From: Octopus vulgaris
Lineage: Eukaryota
DNA length: 64,000 nt
Assembly (NCBI GenBank): GCA_951406725.2
Contig: OX597838.1
Location: 18,104,001-18,168,000 of the forward strand
Direction: 5' to 3'
Under the pieces are notes generated by a model that did not search any database, was not told the origin of the DNA, and worked only from the letters and a program-made list of their open reading frames with translations. Both the position numbers and the translations under genes were made by a program. Below, piece after piece: positions 14,912 through 28,096 of the stretch. Within the stretch, counting starts at the first letter, position 1. Every line of letters begins with the position of its first letter.

Positions 14912-15117
14912 CGAGCTGGGAAAGTTCCTGGAAAGTTCTTTAAGGGTTTCGCGAAAGGCCTGGTCTGGGGCCCAATTTCAAGAGTTTTTTTGAAAGAAAA
15001 GCTGAAGGGCTGCTGCAATAAGTGTGTGAACCTGAGAGGGGGAATATGTTGAATAAAATCATAATTAACTGATCCTCCTGTATTTTCTTTTACCCAAGGA
15101 CTTTTGAGCACCCTTCG
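14912..15117 (+). mobile_element. Internally deleted mariner element
   Basis: Transposase C-terminal remnant KCVNLRG-EYVE* followed by a right TIR ...cttttgagcacccttcg-TA. Confidence 0.65.
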
Positions 15118-15251
15118 TACACCTGTTGTGTATTCGCACAATCACCGAACCTGGAGCTTAACTATGGTCTGTCCATAGCACTTACTCAGCATTACCTGAC
15201 ACCTTTGGGTCTTATTGACACCATTACCTCTCTAGAAATATATATATATAT

Positions 15252-15680
15252 ATTCTTTTACGTTTATTCTTTTATTTGCTTCAGTCATTTGACAGTGGCA
15301 ATGCTGGAGCACCGCCTTTAGTCGAACAAATCGAGCCCAGAACTTATTCTCTGTAAGCCTAGTACTTATTCTATCGGTCTCTTTGCCAAACCACTAGGTT
15401 ACGGGGACGTAAACACACCGCCATCGGTTGACAAGCAATGATGGGTGGACAAACACAGACATACAAACATACACGCACATATAAAGACACACACACATAT
15501 ATATATATATATATATGTATACGACAGGCTTCTTTCAGTTTCCGTCTACCAAATCCACTCACAAGGTTTTGGTCGGCCCGAGGCTATAGTAGAAAACACT
15601 TGCCCAAGGTGCTACGCATTGGGACTGAAACCGGAACCATGTTGTTGGTAAGCAAGCTTTTCACCACAGAGGCACGCCTT
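15252..15680 (-). mobile_element. SINE family 1
   Basis: Family consensus match. Confidence 0.85.
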
Positions 15681-15768
15681 ATATATATATATGTGTGTGT
15701 GTGTGTATGTGTGTGTGCTTGTGTGTGTGTGTATATGTGTGTGTGTATTGATAGATATATATATATAC

Positions 15769-15801
<33 letters not shown>

Positions 15802-15811
15802 TGTATGTATG

Positions 15812-15860
<49 letters not shown>

Positions 15861-16053
15861 CTATTGGTGGGTTTCCTTCCTTATAAATTAAAATTAATGT
15901 TTAACATTATAGTCGATTTTGATATAATCATAATTGTTAAGTTTTATGTTTCTAGTTTGATAATAGAGTTTATTATAAGTAAAACTTTTATATTATTTAT
16001 ATCTTTAAAATATTGTTTAAATATTTCTGATTATATTTTTGATATTTCAATTA

Positions 16054-16120
16054 ACCTGAAGATTGACTGTAACCATAACTCGAATTATTACGAATTGTAC
16101 AGCCATGAAACGATCGTAGT
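16054..16120 (+). ncRNA. Decayed hammerhead motif, same element family as 43909-43952
   Basis: CUGAAGA U UGACUGUA...UACAGCCA U GAAA CGAUCG UA GU. Stem I is only 2 bp. Downstream 16188-16258 is homologous to the minus strand of ~43815-43890. Confidence 0.5.
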
Positions 16121-16273
16121 GTTTTACTCTTTATCTTTTATTAAACTTTTAATACTTTTGATATATATTTAAAATAATATAAATTAATTAATTTTATGTA
16201 TTGGCTTATGTTTCTCATTGTTTGATTTGCCTAATAGTGGTTTTATCACTAATTTAATATAATATATATATAT

Positions 16274-16686
16274 TGTGGTAAGTAGCTTGCTAACCAACCA
16301 CATGGTTCTGGGTTCAGTCCCACTGCGTGGCATCTTGGGCAAGTGTCTTCTGCTATAGCCCCGGGCCGACCAATGCCTTGTGAGTGGATTTGGTAGACGG
16401 AAACTGAAAGAAGCCTGTCGTATATATGTATATATATATATATGTATGTGTGTGTGTTTGTGTGTCTGTGTTTGTTCCCCTAGCATTGCTTGACAACCGA
16501 TGCTGGTGTGTTTACGTCCCCGTCACTTAGCGGTTCGGCAAAAAGAGACCGATAGAATAAGTACTGGGCTTACAAAAAGAATGAGTCCCGGGGTCGAGTT
16601 GCTCGACTAAAAGGCGGTGCTCCAGCATGGCCGCAGTCAAAATGACTGAAACAAGTAAAAGAGTAAAAGAGAGTAAAAGAGAGAGA

Positions 16687-16688
<2 letters not shown>
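16274..16688 (+). mobile_element. SINE family 1
   Basis: Family consensus match. Confidence 0.9.
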
Positions 16689-16723
<35 letters not shown>

Positions 16724-16880
16724 TCAATCAATCATATAAATGTATATATATACTCGTTTGCTTCTACTTGTTTCAGTCATTAGACAAGGGCCGAGCTGGG
16801 GCAACGTATTGAATAATTTTTAGTCGAATGAATTGAGCCCAGCACTTATCTTTTTTATTGTTCGGTATTTACGTGTACGT

Positions 16881-16933
<53 letters not shown>

Positions 16934-17001
16934 CGGTACACGTCTATATACCAAGATTACTTATCCAGACAACGCCTTTGTACTGCGTCTAGATGAATAT
17001 A

Positions 17002-17045
<44 letters not shown>

Positions 17046-17048
17046 GTC

Positions 17049-17090
<42 letters not shown>

Positions 17091-17094
<4 letters not shown>

Positions 17095-17687
17095 AGGGTA
17101 CTACTATTCGTAGATACCAACACGCTAAGAGGGACCAATGCGGTCAAAACTACTAAAAATAAACAAAATTTTACCGAATGCAAAACTTCAAAACACATCA
17201 TTTTAAAAAAGAATTCAGTTACATATCACATGTGATTTCGCATTTAAATGCAGAATATGCATTTCTATGTTCATCAGTGCAACAAACTCAAGAAATATAA
17301 TAGAAAAACATAACATTACAAGCTCGATAGCCAACCGTAGAATTCGTCGTAGCATGTCCGAATGTTTATCTTTACATATCTATGAAAATGGCAGGCTCAT
17401 TCGCAATGCATTTCGGTAACAAATTGTCTATTCGGAATAAAAATTCAGTATTGAACTATTCCGGTGGAAAATATAAATTAACAATTGAGGATAAAATCTT
17501 AAAAGAAATCAGTAGTCAGCGTGAAAAACCTCGTAAGAGAAAAAATCCGTAAATTCTTCCTCTTTGAAAATATTCATTTATATTATATTGAGGGTACTAC
17601 TATTCGTAGATACCAACACGCTAAGAGGGACCAATGCGGTCAAAACTACTAAAAATAAACAAAATTTTACCGAATGCAAAACTTCAA
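17091..17687 (-). mobile_element. Non-autonomous PLE-type/retrozyme-like element: 496-bp unit plus identical 101-bp terminal direct repeat, carrying an HHR
   Basis: 17091-17191 is identical to 17587-17687. HHR at 17218-17283. No ORF. Abuts a (TA)n tract. Confidence 0.6.
17218..17283 (-). ncRNA. Type I hammerhead ribozyme motif (near-intact)
   Basis: Minus strand: GUUGCA CUGAUGA ACAU-AG-AAAUGCA-UAUUC-UGCAUUU-AA-AUGC GAAA UCACAUGUGA UA^ UGUAAC. Stem I 6 bp, long stem II, palindromic stem III, AUA triplet. A-C mismatch at 10.1-11.1. Confidence 0.75.
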
Positions 17688-18322
17688 TTTGAACTCAGAA
17701 CGCAGTGGTAGACGAAATACCTATTTCTTTACTACCCACAAGGGGCTAAACATAGAGAGGACAAACAAGGACAAACAAACGGATTAAGTCGATTATATCG
17801 ACCCCAGTGCGTAACTGGTACTTATTTAATCGACCTCCGAAAGGATGAAAGGCAAAGTCGACTTCGACGGAATTTGAACTCAGAACGTAGCGGCAGACGA
17901 AATACTGCTAAGCATTTCGTCCAGCGTGCTAACGATTCTGCCAGCTCACTGCCTCTCTCCCCAGTAATATTAGGTGTATTAATTAAAATATTATAGCTTT
18001 AGACAAGAAGCATTGACGCTGATCCCTATCTATCTTGGCTTGCTGCGACTTACCTGTTGCTTCGGTTTCCACCGCAGACGTTGGTATTAATTATACACTG
18101 ATCAGCGGAAGGAAACACCACTTGTCTGTGAGAATAGCCAGGGTGAAGAATTCGGTTAAATTTCATTAATTAGATAATTAACACGACGTGTAAATGAAGG
18201 TGCGAAACTGGCGGGGAAATGATATGCGGCTGTTTTATGAAGTAACCTAAGGAAAGAGAATGAGAGAGGGATAGAACGGAAGATAGGTAGATAGAGAGGC
18301 AGAGGTTGGTAGGTAGGTAGGC

Positions 18323-18366
<44 letters not shown>

Positions 18367-18655
18367 AAAGAAATAAGTGTAGGTATGTACGCGCGCGCAC
18401 ACATGTACATATATACATATATATATACACATACATACACACCTAAATATATATGTATTTAATATACATGCATAAATACACAAGCATTCACACTCACACG
18501 CAAACACATATGCATGTCTATGCATATATATATATATATATATACATATGTATATATATGTATATATATATGTGTATATATATGTATTTATGTATGTATG
18601 TATGTATGAATGTATGTGTGTGTGTGTGTGTGTGTATACGTATACACAATTATAT

Positions 18656-18687
<32 letters not shown>

Positions 18688-18808
18688 GCACACATATATA
18701 TACATATACATACATACATGCAAGTTTAAAGATACATAGGGAGAAAGGTAAGGAGAGATCGGGAATGTACATACAAACACACACACATATATGATGCACA
18801 TATACACT

Positions 18809-18941
<133 letters not shown>

Positions 18942-19629
18942 GACCAAAATAGCTGCCGAGATTCCGAAGTTTTGCCTAGAAAATGTTGTCAAACAGGACA
19001 CCGTGTATGTACATGTACCGTATGCACGCACACGCGCGCACGCGCACACACACACACACACACACATACACACACACACACATCCATATGCATTGAGAGA
19101 ACGAAAACGAAAGAGAAAGTATCAGATTTTGGCTGACATTTACTGCTGGTAACTCTTACTTTATTTGTGGAAATCCCTTAAGGGAAATCTATTTCTGACA
19201 AGAACAGGATACACTATGTGTTTTGCTTTATTATTTTTTTTGTTTACTTTATGTTGTTGTTGCTGCTGCTGCAGTTATTTAACCCCAGGTCATCTTTAAT
19301 CAATAACATTGCACCCGTGACAATCCCACCTTTACGCTGCTTCTCAATGTTTATTTTAGACGGTAAGACGTGCTTTAAGGGTGATTTCACACGTGTTGGT
19401 AGCATGTTGAGTGATTCCGTACAAGCTGCACTCTATGATTCATGAAATTCTCTCCGTGACCATCCCATCTTTTATTTTTGAAAGGTACAGTGTATCTTCT
19501 AACAACATTATCCGATGTTCCCCTGCATTTTTAAGACAATCACCACCGTGATTTGAATGCAATTCGGCTACTGTTTCTAGCATGGCGAGTGACCACATGA
19601 AAGCTCTCTTAAGGAACAATCGTTAAGGG

Positions 19630-20040
19630 TTACTCTCTCTTTTACTCTTTTACTTGTTTCAGTCATTTGACTACGGCCATGCTGGAGCACCGCCTTTAGT
19701 CGAGCAACTCGACCCTGGGACTTATTCTTTGTAAGCCCAGTACTTATTCTATCGGTCTCTTTTGCCGAACCGCTAAGTAACGGGGACATAAACACACCAG
19801 CATCGGTCGTCAAGCAATGCTAGGGGGACAAACACAGACACACAAACACAGACACGCATATATATACATATATACGACAGGCTTCTTTCAGTTTCCGTCT
19901 ACCAAATCTACTCACAAGGCTTTGGTCGGCCCGAGGCTATAGTAGAAGACACTTGCCCAAGGTGCCACGCAGTGGGACTGAACCCGGAACCATGTGGTTG
20001 GTTAGCAAGCTACTTACCACTCAGCCACTCCTGCGCCTAT
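19630..20040 (-). mobile_element. SINE family 1, full length
   Basis: Family consensus match. Confidence 0.9.
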
Positions 20041-20089
20041 AATTCTGTAATTTTTTTGTTTGTTTTATGACTTAGTTACTAGTAAAAGG

Positions 20090-20352
20090 TAAAGATCTCC
20101 TTCGGTTATGAAGGACCATGGAATAGCACCTAGAAAGTTCCCCTCCGAGGCACAAGTCTGGGCAAGGTTGTTTATGGAAGACCAGTAGTCACCCATGCAT
20201 ACCAACCTCCTCTCTCCACGCTACCGATGTTGTTCAAAAGAAAGGCAAAGACCGACACAGCTTGGCACCAGTGACGGTGCAACTCATTTCCTACAGATCA
20301 GTGAAGTGGAGCAACAAGAAATAGAGTGTCTTGCTCAAGAACATAACATACA
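20090..20352 (-). mobile_element. 5'-truncated SINE with RTE-type tail
   Basis: Shares tgtgttcttgagcaa.acact with family 3; ends ...ccatggtccttcataaccgaagg. Confidence 0.5.
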
Positions 20353-20600
20353 GTTGCAAGTTGAAGGGCGGCAAACCATGACCATTTCTAGGGTCTTGGA
20401 GGTTGGTGGACGACTCCTCTAAAGACACCAAAATGGCATTAAAACAGATGACAAATTCAGTCTATCAACCCTAATAGTCCCTTTGACGGGTTTCCACACA
20501 GTTTCCGCTTGCCAATTTTCGCTTACGTGGCCTTGATCAATTCGAAACTACAGTAGATGACCAAAGTGCTATGTCGTTGGATCAAACTCGAAACCCTTTT

Positions 20601-21123
20601 AAGAGATGAGGAATTATTTACATTATTTACATTTGACAGATATTTGTCATCTTGTTTGTTGTTAACACATTGTTTCGGCTGATATACCCTCCAACCATCA
20701 TCATCTTGGGGAAATTTCGAACCTGGGTTCTGATTCCTAGGGTATTTTTCGATGTTATTATTTTTATTATTATCATTATTCAGAACTCAGAATTTTGGGG
20801 TTAGTAGCCCGTGCTCTTAACCACTACGCCATATTCCCGTGAGCAATTATGGAGTGAAATTTAGGGCTTATAAATCTATGGCGTAGTGGTTAAGCGCGCG
20901 GGCTACTAAACCCAAGATTCCGAGTTCGATTCCAGGCAGTGACCTGAATAATAATAATAACAACAACAACAACAACATCGAAAAATATCTTAGGAATGAA
21001 AACCCAGGTTCGAAATTTCCCCAAGACACCTGGAGTAGGCTGGAGGGTATATCAACAGAAACGTTGTGTTAACAACAAACAAGATGAGGACAAATATCCG
21101 TCGAATGTAAATAATGTAAATAA
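20601..21123. mobile_element. Inverted-repeat element: tRNA-like Pol III head plus decayed HHR tail, 13-bp TSD
   Basis: TSD TCGAAACCCTTTT at 20588-20600 and 21124-21136. 20616-20833 is an antisense copy of 20878-21121. A box TGGCGTAGTGG at 20879, B box GTTCGATTCC at 20924. Confidence 0.7.
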
Positions 21124-21680
21124 TCGAAACCCTTTTGTTATGAAGGTAACTTCTTAACCACTTGCATTCTAATGTCGAGTCCATTTCCTCCGTGGGACGA
21201 AGTTAAGGATGGATGCTTTCCTCCATGTGACATGCCTGGTGACCAAGTATGGTACCCAAGGACAGAAGGTTTCTTTTTTTTTTTATCTAAAAGACACTCA
21301 AGTTTCCACACAGTGGGATCGAACCCCAAACTACGAAGCAAAGTCCTTAAAAATACGCAGCCATACTTACTTCGGTGGTCTCCAGATAGCTGAGTGTACT
21401 ACGAAGGTGGTTTAGCTGTTATTTCTAGAACAGTGATGAAAATGCTTACACTTTCGTCAGCCCATGATGGAGCATTGTTCGATATAAAAACAAAAGTTCT
21501 TATTCTTGTATTTAACCAAACCAGTCTAGTTTAAGAAACGAGTAAACGAAGGAACTTCTACGTGGTCGTTGAATTTGGTTGAAATAGCAGCCAAATTACT
21601 CTCCGTCGCTAATGGAATGCTTTCCATATATGCCTTCTTGATAAGAGAAACTTAACTTAGAGCTAAACAGCAACATGGAA

Positions 21681-22059
21681 GCACTCCGTCGGTTACGACG
21701 ATGAGTGTTCCGGTTGATCCGATCAATGGAACAGCCTGCTCGTGAAATTAACGTGTAAGTTGCTGAGCACTCCACAGACACGTGTACCCTTAACGTAGTT
21801 CTCGGGGATATTCAGCGTGACACAGCTGACACAGCTGTTGTACCTTTGAAATGCAGGTACAACAGAAACAGGAAGTAAGAGTGAGAGAAAGTTGTGGTGA
21901 AAGGGTACAGCAGGGATCACCACCATCCCCTGCCGGAGCCTCGTGGAGCTTTAGATGTTTTCGCTCAATAAACACTCACAACGCCCGGTCTGGGAATCGA
22001 AACCGCGATCCTACGACCGCGAGTCCGCTGCCCTAACCACTGGGCCATTGCGCCTCCAC
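21681..22059 (-). mobile_element. tRNA-derived SINE family 4
   Basis: Head GGAGGCGCAATGGCCCAGTGGTTAGGGCAGCGGACTCGCG. Second copy at 32972-33350. Confidence 0.85.
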
Positions 22060-23220
22060 AAACACCAACAAACACCGGTAGAATGATACTAGCGACTCGT
22101 AACCTCGTTTCGATCCTCAAGTGAGCAAAAAAGAAAAAAAAAAGATATATATATTATAATAATAATGGCTGCCATTTTTATTTAATGACTTTTATTTCAA
22201 AACCTTACAAATGTCTGTAACAGTAATCTGATTCCCACCCACCTCCTCTGAAACATTTCAAGCAAGTTGATAGTCTGATAATATTAACGATGCTTGTTTA
22301 ATTGATGTCACTTCGTGCGCCAAAATATTTCGGGTTACGCCAGTTTTTAATATCATAATATTTCCACAGCAAACTAATCTTAGCCAAGTTTCGCAATAAA
22401 TTCTTTACTTCCGTTGTTTCGTCTTGAATTACGAAGCATCTTTTGCAATTATCCACAACTTGTGTTTATACCCCCCGATTAATGTTAATGTATAAAACAT
22501 TCTTAGGTTAATTCCTTAACGCCTACAACAGAAGGGCAAGCGGATGGGGGACTATATAGGCTATATATCAACAACAACAATAAAACGATAAACATTATTT
22601 CTAATTTAGACAGGAGGCCAGCAGTTTTTTTCAGGAGTTTGGGGTTAATAGATACAATTGACCCCAATGTTGGCTGGTGTGGAGACACATGGCCTAGTGG
22701 TTAGAGCAGCGAACTCGCGGTCGAAGGACCGCGGGTTCGAATCTCAGACCGGGCGATGTGTGTGTTTATGAGCGAAACACCTAAGCTCCACGCGGCTCCG
22801 CTGCTGACTCTTTCGCCACAACTTTCTCTCACTCTTTCCTCCTGCATCTTGCAGCTCACCTGCGACGGACCGGCGTCCCGTCCAGGTGGGGAACCTATAT
22901 GCCAAGGAAACCGGAAAACCGGAGGGATAAAAGGACAAGTCGATCTCTCGGCGGGATTTGGACTCAGACTGTAAAAAACCAGGAAAAATACTACAAGGTA
23001 TTTTCCGAGGCTCTGTTATCCTCTCAGCTCGCCGCAAATAACATAAACTGTTTCTAATATCGGGCACGGCCCAAAGGGCCTGAAATTTATTTCCTCGCTT
23101 AGTGATATAAACAAGAGTCCTTTTTGCACCAAAAGCCAATACGGGAGTTTCTGTTTTGGTACCTATCGCTGTATAGTTTGTTCGAACAGAACATCCACGT
23201 TTATGTGGGGATAAATATTA

Positions 23221-23537
23221 CCTTTCCTTCAGATCGGGTGTCAACGCCCGAAGCTCTCACTTTGCACAAACTTACCGATTTGCAAAGTCTCCCACTATCA
23301 TATGCAATCATTGTGACCACTATCCAGTCATGCAGCAAACACACGGACTGTGATACATCTATCCGCATGAATCAATTTGCTCGTGCCAGTGGTTATAGAT
23401 TATAGTCTCTCACGGCATGATTTGTCTTCAATGTGAGGATTTCCCTTTCTTTACACTTCTTTATCCATATGTGAACATTGCTCTTGTTACTAGTGTTATC
23501 ACCGTGAACAACCTGTAGCTTTCTGTAGATGTTTTCA
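23221..23537 (-). pseudogene. Decayed mariner transposase (HTH region to WVP-motif region)
   Basis: ENIYRKLQVVHGDNTSNKSNVHIWIKKCKE / GNPHIEDK / R*VCAK*ELRALTPDLKER resembles the mariner HTH and RKVCARWVPxxLT motifs. Confidence 0.7.
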
Positions 23538-23556
23538 CCGAAAACTCACCCAATGA

Positions 23557-23719
23557 GGCGTAGGAGTGGCTGTGTGGTAAGTGGTTTGCTTACCAACCAC
23601 ATGGTCCCGGGTTCCGTCCCACTGCGTGGCATCTTGGGCAGGTGTCTTCTACTATAGCCTCGGGCCGACCAAAGCCTTGTGAGTGGATTTGGTAGACGGA
23701 AACTGAAAGAAGCCCGACG

Positions 23720-23767
<48 letters not shown>

Positions 23768-23810
23768 TTTGGATTATATGTAAGTTTAGATTATTATTCC
23801 CTCAAATAAT

Positions 23811-23845
<35 letters not shown>

Positions 23846-24063
23846 TTGTGTTTCTGTGTTTGTCCCCCCAACATCGCTTGACAACCGATGCTGGTGTGTT
23901 TAAGTCCCCGTAACTTAGCGGTTCGGCAACAGAGACAGATAGAATAAGTACTAGACTTACAAAGAATAAGTCCGGGGGGGGGGGGCGATTTGCTCGACTA
24001 AAGGCAGTGCTCCAGCATGGCCACAGTCGAAATGACTGAAACAAGTAAAAGAGTAAAAGAGTA
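23557..24063 (+). mobile_element. SINE family 1 with a ~47-bp foreign insert in its (TA)n
   Basis: Family consensus match; insert at 23765-23811. Confidence 0.9.
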
Positions 24064-24902
24064 ATCGACGGCACGTTACTTCGTAGAAGCCATCGTTGGA
24101 CTGCAACGAAGAACAGGAAGAAGAGTAACTATAAAGGAAGAACTACTCCACCAATATGTGCAATTTGAACGACCCATGTCAGTTAATAAAACAAAAAATT
24201 ACGCTTAATTTTGCTTTATTTCCGGCACAACCTGTGTATAAAATAATGCAAATATATCCGGAAAGGGATTGAGGGGAGAAATACAAGCATATTTATGTAA
24301 ACACGACGTGTGTATAGCCAAGGAATAAAATAATAATTTTGAGTTGAGGTCGTTTGGTTAGCAGCAAAGCAGAGATTTATGCTGCATGGGTAATAAGATA
24401 GTGTGGAGTTTCTCAGACTCTTTGGCGACATATAACGGAAACGGATAAGTTTCACTCGGATATTGAAACCGCTTCGCTGACACGGAAGTTTACCCAACAG
24501 CTATATAGGTTTGTTAAGGAAGTATTAATTTATTTATGGCAGGCAAGTTTAAAAAGTGTAATTAGAAATAATAATAATAGCTAATATTATTTTGTTTGTA
24601 CAATTATGGGAGACAACTCTGAATATATGTTTAAATCTTGTTATGAACTCATCAGTGAAGCACAGACTTCACAGAAGTAATGATAAGAAAATCATTAATT
24701 AAATATACAGTATTGTTTGTATCTTGGCAGGTGTTGTGATATGGGGTTGTTTAGATAATAAATCACTTAGACTCTTCTTCTGCATTTAAAAGTAATAGTT
24801 GGTGTTAGCATATTAATACAACTGAGTCAGTCCATCTACCCATTATACGCATGTTTGAGTTTTGGGCAGTATTTTCCTCCAGTATCCTTAATTTTTCCAA
24901 TT

Positions 24903-25059
24903 AGGCGTGGCTGTGTGGTAAGTAGCTTGCTTACCAGCCACATGGTTCCGGGTTCAGTCCCACTGCGTGGCACCTTGGGCAAGTGTTTTCTACTATAGCC
25001 TCGGGCCGACCAAAGCCTTGTGAGTGGATTTGGTAGACGGAAACTGAAAGTAGCCCGTC

Positions 25060-25107
<48 letters not shown>

Positions 25108-25320
25108 ATATGTGTGTGTGTCTGTGTTTGTCCCCCCACCATCGCTTGACAACCGTTGCTGGTGTGTTTATGTTCCCGTAACTTAGCGGTTCGGCAAAGA
25201 GACCGATAGAATAAGTACTAGGCTTACAAAGAATAAGACCTGGGGTCGATTCGTTCGACTAAAGGCGGTGCTCCAGCATGGCCGTAATCAAATGACCGAA
25301 ACAAATAGAAGAATAAAAGT
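24903..25320 (+). mobile_element. SINE family 1
   Basis: Family consensus match. Confidence 0.9.
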
Positions 25321-25606
25321 ATCTATTGACAGTCCTTCGGGTTCTCCTGAAAGGTTCGATGCCACGGGACCTGTGGTCTGCTCCATCCCTGAAGTGTCCC
25401 TCCCAATGCCTCTCAGATACACTAAGAACCTTACTGCAATGACATCAACGGGAACATCATCGTATCTTCGAGTCTCCAGGATGATGCTCTTGGTGAGGTT
25501 TCTCCATTTCTGACATAATTATGGTACGAAATTCTCAGATATTTCTGAAGTCCTTTTGATAAAAGACAACAAATTACGAAACAACATGCTCTGTTGCAGA
25601 TATATA

Positions 25607-25799
25607 TACTCTCTCTCTTTACTCTGCTACTCTTTTACTTGTTTCAGTCATTTGACTGCGGCCATGCTGGAGCACCGCCTTTAGTCGAGCAACTCGACAC
25701 CCGGGACTTATTCTTTGTAAGCCCAGTACTTATTCTATCGGTCTCTTTTGCCGAACCGCTAAGTAACGGTTGTCAAGCAATGCTAGGGGAACAAACACA

Positions 25800-25856
<57 letters not shown>

Positions 25857-25857
25857 T

Positions 25858-25915
<58 letters not shown>

Positions 25916-26073
25916 GCTTCTTTCAGTTTCCGTTTACCAAATCCACTCACAAGGCGTTGGTCGGCCCAAGGCTATAGTAGAAGACACTTGCCCAAGGTGC
26001 CACGCAGTGGGACTGAACCCGGAACCATGTGGCTGGTAAGCAAGCTACTTACCACACAGCCACTCCTGCGCCT
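25607..26073 (-). mobile_element. SINE family 1
   Basis: Family consensus match. Confidence 0.9.
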
Positions 26074-26797
26074 ATATAATGCTTATAAATTTGGAGGGCC
26101 GTTATTTTTCCCCATAGCACTCTCTAATATGCATGTTTAATTCATAGCATACCCAATAATTTGTGTTGAGGGGAAACAACCAAATTTTGTGCACTTTGGA
26201 GAAAAGAAGTTTGTTGGTCCTGCTGTATAGAAGGTGTTACGGATAAGAAGTTTGGGGCTATCAGATCCCTAAGTGTGATGAATTTCCAAAGTTTCGCAGC
26301 CATAAATTCTGAATCCTTCGTCTCTATTGATATAATTTTCCGTTTTTAGTGGGTGAAACTAGACTTCATTATTTAAGCCACAACACAATTTAGCTGACAT
26401 TATTTCTGAACTGACGTTGGACGGCGAGCTGGCAGAGTCGGTAGCACGCCAGTCAAAATGCTTGACGGCATTTCGTCCGTCTTTACGTTCTGAATTCAAA
26501 TTCTGCCGTAGTCTACTTTGCCTTTCATTCTTTCGGGGTTGATAAATCAAGTACCAGTGAAAAACTGAGGTCGATGTAATCGACTAGTCTTTTCCCCTAC
26601 CCCCAAATTTCAGGCCTTGTGCCTAGAGTAGAAAGGATTATTTCTGAACTGACGGAATACTGCTGTCTGTTTAACATAACAAATGAAAGCATCCTAGTCA
26701 CTCTTCCCCCTCTACTAACATATGTCGTATAATAAAATAATAAAAGATATGATTTTCGTCTACATCGACTGTTACAATGCAAGTATACTGGCCTTTG

Positions 26798-27085
26798 TAG
26801 AGGTGCAATGGTATTGTGGTTAGAGCAGCGGGCTCGCGGTTTCGATTCCCGGACAGGGCATTATGTGTGTTTATTGAGCGAAAACACCTAAAGCTCCACG
26901 AGGCTCCGGCAGGGGGTGGTGGTGACCCCTGTTGTACTCTTTCGCCTCAACTTTCTCTCACTCTTTCTTCCTGTTTCTTGAGTAACGCTGCGATGGACTG
27001 GCGTCCCGTCCAGCCGGGGGGAACACATACGCCATAGAAACCGGGAAACCGGGCCCACGAGCCTGGCTAGACTTGGAAAGAGCGC
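26798..27085 (+). mobile_element. Chimeric SINE (family-4 head, family-3 tail)
   Basis: Switches to gagtaacgctgcgatggactggcgtcccgtccag. Similar copy at 22680-22922. Confidence 0.75.
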
Positions 27086-27585
27086 AGAAAAAAAAAATAC
27101 TGGCTTTCAAAACAGATCCATTGAAGCGTTAGGCAGGACATCACTTTGCATGCCCCACCCAAGAATGTCATGTATATGAAGTATCATAACTGAAACAACC
27201 ATGTATATTTTAGTAAATGTCATAGAAGAGTAGGAATTTATATTAAAAGATGGTTTATGTAAAAACGAGATCTACACAAGAACAAACGAAGCACGAGGAT
27301 GACGTATATAAACCATTTTGTTAAGAAAAGTGGTATATATAAACAGAATACGTAAAGCAAAAATCTTCGTATGTACAAGGGTGAGGCGTAAAAGTGAAAT
27401 GTGTAAAGGGCGGATGTTAATGTAACAGCAGAAAGTTGAAAATGTACAGAAACGAAAGATAAAAGCAGCGCAGGAGGATGATACAGTGAACTGCATTTAA
27501 AAGCCGACGGAAGACAGACTTGAGTTCGGTAAAATCATTTAGAATATCAACAGGTGGACAGATTGAAGAATATCTTGTACTATAC

Positions 27586-28096
27586 TAAAAATAATAAATG
27601 CGCCCTTTTGAAGCCTTGCCAGGCTCATGGGCCCGGTTTCCCGGTTTCCATGGCGTATGTGTTCCCCAGCTGGACGGGACGCCAGTCCATCGCAGCGTTA
27701 CTCATTTTTGCCAGCTGAGTGTACTGGAGCAACGTGAAATGAAGTGTTTTACTCAAGAACACAATGCGTCGCCCGGTCTAGGAATCGAAACCACACTCTT
27801 ACGATCATGATGCCGTCACCCTAACCACTAAGCCACGCGCCTTCACTGTTCCATTTTAAAGCCTAGGCAGGCTCATGGGCCCGGTTTCCAGGTTTCAATG
27901 GTGTATGTGTTCCCCAGCTGGACGGGATGCCAGTCCATCGCAGCGTTACTCATTTTTGCCAGCTGAGTGGACTGGAGCAACGTGAAATGAAGTGTTTTGC
28001 TCAAGAAAACAACGCGTCGCCCGGTCCAGGAATCGAAACCACAATCTTACGATGATGATGCTGACCCCCTAACCACTAAGCCACGTGCCTCCACAC
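27586..28096 (-). mobile_element. SINE family 3 head-to-tail dimer within one TSD
   Basis: 12-bp TSD CTTGTACTATAC at 27574-27585 and 28097-28108. Confidence 0.85.

Noticed and set aside
20878-20944. Functional tRNA genes (here and at other SINE heads)
   Set aside because: A and B boxes are present, but there is no complete cloverleaf or acceptor stem and they run on into repeat bodies.
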